Origin: Macrostomum lignano
Taxonomy: Eukaryota
Reading direction: 5' to 3'
Assembly (NCBI GenBank): GCA_002269645.1
Contig: NIVC01004673.1
Span: 1 to 38,475, forward strand
DNA: 38,475 nucleotides
The translations under genes and the position numbers were made by a program. Below the pieces are notes generated by a model. The model did not search any database, was not told where the DNA came from, and was given only the letters and a program-made list of their open reading frames with translations. Shown one piece after another: positions 20,388 through 30,322 of the stretch; within the stretch, counting starts at the first letter, position 1; each line of letters opens with the position of its first letter.

Positions 20388-22489
20388 ATTGCTTTATAGT
20401 GACCAATATCCCAACAATGCAATAGCTTTGCATTGAATGAAAATAAATAAAATCTGAAAAGAAATGGCAAATTCAGTTAACTATAGATAAAACACTGTTT
20501 AGGTTCAAATTTTGTGTACAGATATACAATAGCCAAATAAAGCTTCTATTAAAAGCAAATTTCAATAGCCCAAGGAGGTTCATAAAGGCTTTACATTAGT
20601 AGAATGTATTATTTAGTTCTCATTAAATGTTTTATCCACCTGGGTTATTCCATGATAGGGTCATCAAAGGTATAGAAATTTTTTTAAAAAATTATTTGCA
20701 AATGTGAATATTTCATTTTGCATATAATTATGTATAGTTTCATTTTTATGTAGTTTCATACACATTTATCTACCTCTAAGGTATATATATTTTGTTTTGA
20801 TCATAGTACCCTTGCAAGATTTTAAATGTCCCGCGGGACATTATAAAAAGTTTAATCTAGTTTTCAATAAGTAGAAAAGTTAATAAACATAATGCATCAA
20901 GTGCATAGATAATAAAAATCTTTCTTTCTTATATCTAAAGACTGAAATTATAAAGTTTTATGATCTAATATAGTTCTATCTATCATAATTTTTTATTTCA
21001 AAAAGTTTGACTTCCCTTTTTTAAGTGTTAAAAATGACCATCATTTTTTTACAAACAGTTGTTGTACTAATTTTCAAGAGGTTTATAAGGTGATAATTTT
21101 TTGCTAAAATATTTTCTGAGCCTATATTTAAGTTTATAGTCATTTTTGTTAGTTTATGATAAGTGTAACATGCTAAAAAAACCTGCAAAGTTACCTAACG
21201 ACCATCATTTTCTGGTATTCTGAAATTTGTTGATCTTTATAAAACCTGAATTGCTATCATTTATTCCTAAATTTTATACAAAAAACTGAATTTACTGATA
21301 TTCTAAAGTCATGTCTTTTTTTAATGTGAATTACTTATTCAATTTCTCTTTCAAAGTTTTTACAGTTTTGATTGTAAAGAAAAATATAGTGGAATTCAAG
21401 TCTTTTATTAAAAATGTATACTGTCAATTACTTGCACTATTAAAAAGGTTGTTCCAATTACTAACCATGCACCTAGAACTCTCCACTTTAGTTTGCAATG
21501 CACCTTAACACATGCCCCAATCTTCAGCATAAGTAGTCTAACTAGACTCAAGTTTTTACTATCCATTGGTGCTACTGCTTATTGCCTAACAAATAATCTG
21601 TATTTGCCTTTGGTTTTGTTAATTGTTATATTCTATTCTTTGAATTCTTGAATAGATTAGGACTGTCCATCTTTATGATCATATGTTGAGTTGTGCAATC
21701 ATGAAGTGATGTTTTTGTTGAAGGTGCATAAGTACGTTTGATCTGAAATGTGAAACAGGTATAATAAATTTTATGGTTAGACAAGCAAGTTATAGTTTTT
21801 ATATGAACAACTATGGATTATAAACAATCTTTTAACCAAGATTGTATCTAAAATAGAGAATCCTAATACACTTTTTTAAAACTGAAGGTCGTTTTTTTGA
21901 AACAAACGACCGTCAGTCAACGACCGTCATTTAAGAAAAAATGTGCAACACAGTTAAAGTTATCTACTAAAATGTAATAATTGTTTGTAACCATTCATCT
22001 AGCTATTGTTTACTACAATTAATGATCAATTGAGACAAAAACTTGCCTGATTCACAGGAATCTTAAACTTAAGTTATAAAGTTGGATACATAAACTTTCA
22101 CCAAAAATGACCGTCATTGAAAGTTTCTCTCTGCTAAATCAACACAGTAAGACAAATGACTTTAAAATGTATCTCATCTCAATCTAGAGGTCACGCCCAT
22201 AAATATAGAACTCACAAAGTCTCAATTTAGTTTGTCTTTTGTATGATTACTGATTATTATTTGCTCCAACCCAACGACCGTCATCTCGTGAATTACCCAC
22301 CTTATAGATAGGTCCTCAATATTTATATATTTGTAGTAATTGTACAAATAAAAATTGCAAAGGATATGTTATAACTTATATTTAAAACATATTTTTTGCA
22401 TTATCTAATACATTCTCGCTAAACAAAACTTGCAGTTTAAACTATAAATTACAAAAATTATTAATCCATAATTTTTCGCTTAAATAAAA

Positions 22490-23490
22490 AATGGCCATAA
22501 ACAAACTGGCTTGCTATGAAAAACTTACAAGCTCTAAACCCTTGTCTATAAGGCATGCAATGAGCCTAAGAAAAGCACAGTTGAAGCATTGAGCCTGATA
22601 AGATGCATTTTCAATTTCACAGGCTTACTTGCCTAAAGCTTGGTGATTGAGCTGCTTGGGGCAATGATATTCTATCCCTGAAAACCATATATTGCTAGAT
22701 TCTGGATAAAAGATGCCACTGATAAGATATGGGAAGCGCTTGGCCATAAAGGTAAAGGAGATAGTTTGTGAGGATCCTCACCTCTCATCTTGTGATCTAG
22801 CTAAGCAGCTAAATAGTGGACCATAGCACTATACTTTGTATCCTTTGAGAGGATCTATAGCTGAGATAGGTATGCTAAGTATGGGTAACTCATAACCTCA
22901 GGGATAATGATAAGGAAAGACAGATGTGAGGCAAGGTATAATTTGCATATACAAGATGAGACATGGGTGTCTTAGGATTGGGATGCTAATAGAATTAAGA
23001 CTAAGAACAAGACTTTGTTTAAAAGAGGAGAGCCCCAGAAACAGTACCTTAATGCCATTACAAAGTAGAAGTCCTTATTGATAGTCATGTTCACAGCCAA
23101 CAAGCAATTCTCAGTTGATTAAATTGCCTCACGCAGAGATGGTAGATGCCTAGCAAATGGTGAGCTATTTCTAGTGTAGTGAATCATAAACATATGGCAT
23201 ACTTTTGTTTCAACCTAGTCTGACTCAGTGAGATCAGCTTGCAAATAGACAATGCTTGATTGCATGTTACACAACTCTTTCAGGATTTCCTACGAGTATA
23301 AGAGCACTTTGTCACTGTCTAACCTATGTGACTAATTTAGGACATGACTTTTGGGCTTCAACAGCTATCAAGAGGCCCTCTCTCTAAGGCTAGGTGGATT
23401 TGCTCTGGACTAGAACAGATCTATCTACCTAGCCTAGCATGGCAAGATGCTAGCACATGCTTGCAGGCAATGTATAGTATCTAAATGATT
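22490..23490 (+). pseudogene. Heavily mutated Tc1/mariner (mariner-type) transposase fossil
   Basis: EDPHLSS(C)DLAKQLN (22770), VC*VWVTH for WVPH (22870), IQDETWV with first Asp (22955), QIDNA*LH for DNARPH (23248), NLCD (23330). Many stops and indels; not in the ORF track. Confidence 0.75.
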
Positions 23491-24007
23491 CAAGTTAAAA
23501 TGTCTTGTTTTTACTGGTTTTCTTGCTTGGAGGTACTGACAACAAGACTTATATTGGTATAAAACTTCTAAAAATATAAATCAATTTATAAAGAACACTA
23601 AAAAGTTTAAAACTTGATTATGATCTAATGGTAATATAGTGCTAAAATCATGATCAAAACACCCATATAATAAAAGGCTATGACAATTTTTTCAACTCCC
23701 AGAGTATTACATATTTTCTATTATACCTTAATATTTCTAGCTATTCATGGAAAATGAATTGTCATTATCATAGAAAATTCTTCAGATCTAAAATTTGAAT
23801 ACAAAGCAATTACCAAATCCTTGACCCTAGAAGGCTCAAAACCAAATTCTTGAATCTAAATTTGATGGCTATTGAAATATCCTATTAAAATTGGTAGCTA
23901 CATGTAAGTTCAAGCATGACCTTTAAGCATGAACTCACTTATAGATGATCCTTAATCAAGCTGATTATAAAATAATAATTTTTGTCAAATTTTAGGATCT
24001 ACTTGGC

Positions 24008-24272
24008 AGATTCTTGAAGATAGAGATGCTAGTATAAGATTTCAATGACATTATAAGCTAAAGATCAAAAAAGCACAGTCTCTGTTATAAATTCTTTTGC
24101 TTTCTATTGTCAATCACTATCAACTAGAGCTTAGATATTCTAGATATTTTCAATATAATTGATAGTGACTGACAACTTAAAGAAAAATAATTTATAGCGA
24201 AGACTAGGCTTTCTAATCTTAAGCTTATAGGTGATTGAGATCTTATACTAGCATTTTTATCTTCAAGAATCT
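24008..24272. mobile_element. ~265-bp imperfect palindrome (foldback MITE-like)
   Basis: AGATTCTTGAAGATAGAGATGCTAGTATAAGATTTCAAT.. pairs with ..ATTGAGATCTTATACTAGCATTTTTATCTTCAAGAATCT. Inner pair TTGTCAATCACTATCAA / TTGATAGTGACTGACAA. No TSD seen. Confidence 0.75.
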
Positions 24273-24436
24273 TTATCAAACCACTATGATCCCGTCAAAG
24301 TGAGAGTTAAATTGCACTATTAAAGTTAGACTAGGCCTATGTGCAATCCAAGCAAGATCTTGTTGACTATCTTATGGGATACCAAAAGCCTATTATTATT
24401 GCTTGACTTTTTTCCTAATAAGCAGATAGTCAAAGG

Positions 24437-24890
24437 CAGTGTTCTACTGTAAAGAGGGTCTATGTACCATGAGCAAAACTATGGCTTATTCCAACTCTCC
24501 ATAATCCGTAGCCATACCACAGCCAGGAAGACGGTAGAATCCTCGGAATTTTCCGGCGCAAATCAGCAATTTGCCGGCGCACGGCGCACACTTCACTGCG
24601 CCGCGCGCATGGGCTCGGCGCATCGGCGCATGGCTCGGTGCATCGGTGCATGGCTCGGCGCATGGCGCACAAGGTACGTCAGTGTACGTGACAATATAAT
24701 AATGAATAATAAAAAAACGTATATTAAATGTATACAAAGGCAAAGCAACAATACTTAATTGCTACTGAAAATACTAATGCTAAACTTTTTTACATTAATA
24801 AAAATTAGAGTTTGCTAGTGTTTTATTGTACTTTATTAGGTATATACTATATGCTATAAGTTTCTAAGTTGATAATACAGCAGAACACTA
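24437..24890. mobile_element. Non-autonomous hAT element (MITE), 454 bp
   Basis: TIR CAGTGTTCTACTG / CAGCAGAACACTA; 8-bp TSD GTCAAAGG at 24429-24436 and 24891-24898; internal GGCGCA repeats. Confidence 0.85.
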
Positions 24891-25149
24891 GTCAAAGGTA
24901 GTTATTATATTAATCCAATTATCTATTTATACTAGACAAAAAAAATCAATGGGGATATTAATTTACAATATACTACTAGTCTACTACTGAATAATGCTTT
25001 AGCCTATTGCAAAAGTAGCTACTAATACTACAAAGTTCCAAAAACTGCTATATCCTCTGTATTCATTGGACCTAGGCCTAAACAACTTCTATATATTTAC
25101 ATATTTTAAGCAAGTGTTTTGTAAATAGCAATTTAATATTGATAAAGCA

Positions 25150-25838
25150 TAGAGCTGTCAAAATTAGAGATTTTATTCGAGACGAGATTCGAGACGAGAA
25201 AGGCTTATAAGTCGAGAACTTTGAGACGAGACAAGACAAAGTAAATCTAAAAAAATATATTTCAGAATTGCATCTTGTCTTGCTCTTATCTTGCCTTATC
25301 TTGTCTTAAATTTCTTGATAAGATACAATTCTAAAATATATTTTTTAGATTTTCCAGAATACTTTCTTAATTCTAGTTTAAATTCTTTGCTATTTATTCA
25401 TAAGAATTTATGCTTGTAGCATATAGGCCCTTGGCCCTACTATGTCTATTACTAATTTGTCAAAAGACCTGTGGTGTGTAGATTGTCTTTAAGTCTACTA
25501 TGATACACCTTGCTGCAAAACTGAAATGATAACTAAAAGAGCGCATATGCAATGCAAACTCGTATATAACGACGTTCGTTAAATAACTGCTCGACATTGG
25601 CTAGATTTTACCATTTGAAAATTGCCCTATCAAGTGTGTTACAACAACAGTTGTATTTATATGAAAATTTGCTCCCCTTTTTGTATCTTATCACTTAAAA
25701 GCTTTTGAAAAAGGGTATCAGAAAAATTCTTGAATCTCGTCTTGAATTTCTTGACAAAATTCGAGATTTCTCGAGACGAGAAAAAATGTCAAGATCTTGT
25801 CTCGAATCTTGTCTCGTCGAGATCTCGTGACAGCTCTA
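25150..25838. mobile_element. Non-autonomous hAT element (MITE), 689 bp
   Basis: TIR TAGAGCTGTCA / TGACAGCTCTA; 8-bp TSD ATAAAGCA at 25142-25149 and 25839-25846; subterminal CGAGACGAGA repeats. Confidence 0.9.
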
Positions 25839-27204
25839 ATAAAGCACTAAAATTAAAAGCAACATTAAAGCATTATAATCAAGATGTCATAAATAAATGT
25901 GGCATAAGTGTGGGAGAGATCTGTATAATGTAGCATTTGTATGCAATCCTAAGAACTAGCTAGTAAAAGTGTAGATTAGTAGCAGGTCCTATTACTGCTT
26001 CAATCATAAACCTTAAAATTGCCACTATCTGCACTATCACATTAGTTAGTAAAGAGAGTCAAAGTTAAAATCTTCTAATTTAGACATATTTAAGCGTGGA
26101 CTAATTCAGTCAATGCTAGGATTATATTACCTAGGCCATTTGCTACATTGAGTCCTATTATTTAGACATTAAAATATCTGACTAATAGAGATAGTGTTAT
26201 TGATTTGTATGGGACCCAAAAAGGGTCATTGTGGATCTTACAATATTTACACTAGTGGCAGCATTGGTGGGTTCCTGGACACTTCGTCATCTTACCACTT
26301 TGTCATCCACTCATATTTCTAGACACTTCGTCATCTTACCACTTCGTCATCTACGATACTATTGTGGACACATCGTCATCTACTCCCTGGACACTTCGTC
26401 ATCATCCACTTTGTCTAAAAAACTTATTGAATAGCTATATGTAACTTTGTCAGCTAAGTTGCATCGAGTAGTCATAAATATAGGTGGCTACACTGAGGAT
26501 TAAATAACTGATTAACTAACTGATAATTAATGACGATTAACTACGAGTCTACGACATGTGAGGGTTTCCCGACAGATATTCAGACAGATATTCAAAACGA
26601 TCATCTACTACTTTTAACAAAATGGACCAAACGGAACCATATTTTTGGCAGATGTTTACGCATGTGTTTTGCAATCAAATGAGCCCAAATTTGTTTTATA
26701 AAATAAAAAACTTTACGAAGTGCATTGTTTCAAAGATTGCTTGGCAACACCCTGATTCAGCATCTCTTCAACGTTTTCTGAAAATGATTCAATTTTTACA
26801 TCCCATAAATGTGCCCCGTATCCCAAAAAGACAATGGACTAACTCTTACGCATGTTTCAGCTGTAAAATGCCGCATCACGCGTCTAATAAAATACTTTAC
26901 TTCTTGAATTATTTTCTTTTAAAGTGTGCTTGGCGATTTGCTTTTTTGAAGGCAAGTCAAGAAACAGCGCATATTTGCTGATGTCAGAACTCCATTTCGC
27001 TCTCAAATTAAATGAATTTATAGTTCCATTCTTACGCACATCCCAGCTTTAGAATGACACCATTGAAGCTGAAAAAGAAACAGTATTTCCTGAGATATTC
27101 GACTCTAAAGTGTGCTTTGCTTTTGAGTCAATAACGCTTGACGTTGTATGTCGAAATATACGCCAAGAAATTGTGACACCATTTTTTTGCTTACGAAACA
27201 TAAA

Positions 27205-28047
27205 ACTTAACTCGCTCTTTTACGCACGTCCCAGCTTTAAAATGACACCTCAGGCGTCGCCAAAGACGCCTCCGTTCGTGAGATATTCGACTCGAAACAT
27301 TGCTCGGCGTGTACAGACATTCACCTTATAAATCAAATGTATTCCCAATCTTTGTGCACGTGCTCCACCTGTGTTTTTCAGTCAATTCCGATGAAATTTA
27401 ACTCGCTCTTTTACGCATGTCCCAGCTTTAAAATGACACCTCAGGCGTCGCCAAAGACGCCTCCGTTCGTGAGATATTCGACTCGAAACATTGCTCGGCG
27501 TGTACAGACATTCACCTTATAAATCAAATGTATTCCCAATCTTTGTGCACGTGCTCCACCTGTGTTTTTCAGTCAATTCCGATGAAATTTAACTCGCTCT
27601 TTACGCATGTCCCAGCTTTAAAATGACACCTCAGGCGTCGCCAAAGACGCCTCCGTTCGTGAGATATTCGACTCGAAACATTGCTCGGCGTGTACAGACA
27701 TTCACCTTATAAATCAAATGTATTCCCAATCTTTGTGCACGTGCTCCACCTGTGTTTTTCAGTCAATTCCGATGAAATTTAACTCGCTCTTTTACGCATG
27801 TCCCAGCTTTAAAATGACACCTCAGGCGTCGCCAAAGACGCCTCCGTTCGTGAGATATTCGACTCGAAACATTGCTCGGCGTGTACAGACATTCACCTTA
27901 TAAATCAAATGTATTCCCAATCTTTGTGCACGTGCTCCACCTGTGTTTTTCAGTCAATTCCGATGAAATTTAACTCGCTCTTTTACGCATGTCCTAGCTT
28001 TAAAATGACACCTCAGGCGTCGCCAAAGACGCCACCGTTCGTGAGAT
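27205..28047 (+). repeat. 191-bp tandem array in left foldback arm (~4.4 copies)
   Basis: Identical ORF starts at 27337, 27718 and 27909 show the 190-191 bp period. Confidence 0.95.
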
Positions 28048-28189
28048 ACGAGCTATTTGAGTTGATTTTTGTTGAATTTGCACAGTATATTTAAGTTGGT
28101 TTGCACATTACGCGTTTATTGCTTCTATTTTAGGCACTGTTTATTTACTAACCTTTGGGTCTAAGGGTACTTATATTGGATCACAGCAA

Positions 28190-28982
28190 GGATAATCGTA
28201 CCGATGCTCACAAAAAATCACTTTTGGTCACTCGCAATCGACTGCGACGAACGGAAAATTTATTACATGGACTCGATGCAGCATTCAAACGCCAGGCGTA
28301 TGATAGCTGCAGAGTGTGTAGCACGGTTTAAGTAAGTCACAAAGTTAATTTCACCTTACCCTACTTAATAATTCAATTCACATGAAAACAGATTGCTAAA
28401 GTTTCTTTTACTACTTGTGTACCATAGCGCACTTCTGACTGGCACCGAACTTGAGAGTCCACTGCCACATCCTCATCTTGAACACCTTCGCTATAAGCAC
28501 TTTAACCTGGCTAATCGAATGTGCACTCAACAGAAGGACGCCTACTCATGCGGTGTTTTCACCTGCCTATTCGGTCGCAGTTTGCTTCTTGACAAATGTA
28601 CAATAATCGTTAACTGCACCCAACGTAAGCTTGAGACTGCAAGAAAAATAATAAAAACCGCACTGCTTAACTTCTCTGAGGCGGCTAGTCAACCAACATG
28701 CAAGTACTGTGGAAAAGAAGAACCACCTGGTCGGAGTTGCCGCATTGAATGGGTAATCGAAAAAGCGTTTCAATTGCATGCAAATAAAAAATAAGTCTAC
28801 TTTATTAATTTATAAAATGTATAAAGGGTAGATAGAGTATGGAATGTCATTATATACATATCACAATTGTTTTCATCCTATAGATTGAGTGTCCATCCTG
28901 CCTCTTCTGGCACCACAAAATCTGTTGGGACCGAAGTGCTGCTAGCGCCGTCTGTAAAACGTGCTCCCAAATTGACATTTAA
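28190..28982 (+). CDS. 3' end of a transposon gene: Ulp1/C48 cysteine protease + PHD finger. Exons ~28190-28331, 28392-28752, 28884-28982
   Basis: IIVPMLTKNHFWSLAIDCDERKIYYMDSM (His, Asp), AA|gtaagt..acag|A, QQKDAYSCGVFTC (Gln, Cys), CKYC..EW|gtaatc..atag|IECPSCLFWHHKIC..VCKTC-stop (C4HC3). Intron phases are consistent. Confidence 0.85.
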
Positions 28983-29182
28983 AACTTGTTTCCGCTGGCA
29001 ATCTGATAACTGCATCATTTATTAAAAGCCCTTTTAATTGCAGGTATGCCAAAATTTAAGCGGAAGTCAGTGAATAATGATGTGACACTGTCGCTCGTAT
29101 TATTAATATGTTTTAAACCCCAAAGAGGCCGGGCCGGCGCGGGGGTTTAAAACCAGTTAGAGTCAGATACCTGCCTCTAAAA

Positions 29183-30322
29183 TTGACTGAATTGACTGAA
29201 AAACACAGGTGGAGCACGTGCACAAAGATTGGGAATACATTTGATTTATAAGGTGAATGTCTGTACACGCCGAGCAATGTTTCGAGTCGAATATCTCACG
29301 AACGGAGGCGTCTTGGCGACGCCTGAGGTGTCATTTTAAAGCTGGGACATGCGTAAAGAGCGAGTTAAATTTCATCGGAATTGACTGAAAAACACAGGTG
29401 GAGCACGTGCACAAAGATTGGGAATACATTTGATTTATAAGGTGAATGTCTGTACACGCCGAGCAATGTTTCGAGTCGAATATCTCACGAACGGAGGCGT
29501 CTTTGGCGACGCCTGAGGTGTCATTTTAAAGCTGGGACATGCGTAAAAGAGCGAGTTAAATTTCATCGGAATTGACTGAAAAACACAGGTGGAGCACGTG
29601 CACAAAGATTGGGAATACATTTGATTTATAAGGTGAATGTCTGTACACGCCGAGCAATGTTTCGAGTCGAATATCTCACGAACGGAGGCGTCTTTGGCGA
29701 CGCCTGAGATGTCATTTTAAAGCTGGGACATGCGTAAAAGAGCGAGTTAAATTTCATCGGAATTGACTGAAAAACACAGGTGGAGCACGTGCACAAAGAT
29801 TGGGAATACATTTGATTTATAAGGTGAATGTCTGTACACGCCGAGCAATGTTTCGAGTCGAATATCTCACGAACGGAGGCGTCTTTGGCGACGCCTGAGG
29901 TGTCATTTTAAAGCTGGGACATGCGTAAAGAGCGAGTTAAATTTCATCGGAATTGACTGAAAAACACAGGTGGAGCACGTGCACAAAGATTGGGAATACA
30001 TTTGATTTATAAGGTGAATGTCTGTACACGCCGAGCAATGTTTCGAGTCGAATATCTCACGAACGGAGGCGTCTTTGGCGACGCCTGAGGTGTCATTTTA
30101 AAGCTGGGACATGCGTAAAAGAGCGAGTTAAATTTCATCGGAATTGACTGAAAAACACAGGTGGAGCACGTGCACAAAGATTGGGAATACATTTGATTTA
30201 TTAAGGTGAATGTCTGTACACGCCGAGCAATGTTTCGAGTCGAATATCTCACGAACGGAGGCGTCTTTGGCGACGCCTGAGGTGTCATTTTAAAGCTGGG
30301 ACGTGCGTAAAAGAGCGAGTTA
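29183..30322 (-). repeat. 191-bp tandem array in right foldback arm (~6 copies)
   Basis: Reverse complement of the left array; units recur at 29369, 29560, 29751, 29941 and 30132. Confidence 0.95.

Noticed and set aside
22300-23610. TIRs for the mariner fossil
   Set aside because: Candidates near 22305 and 23590 match too weakly to support.
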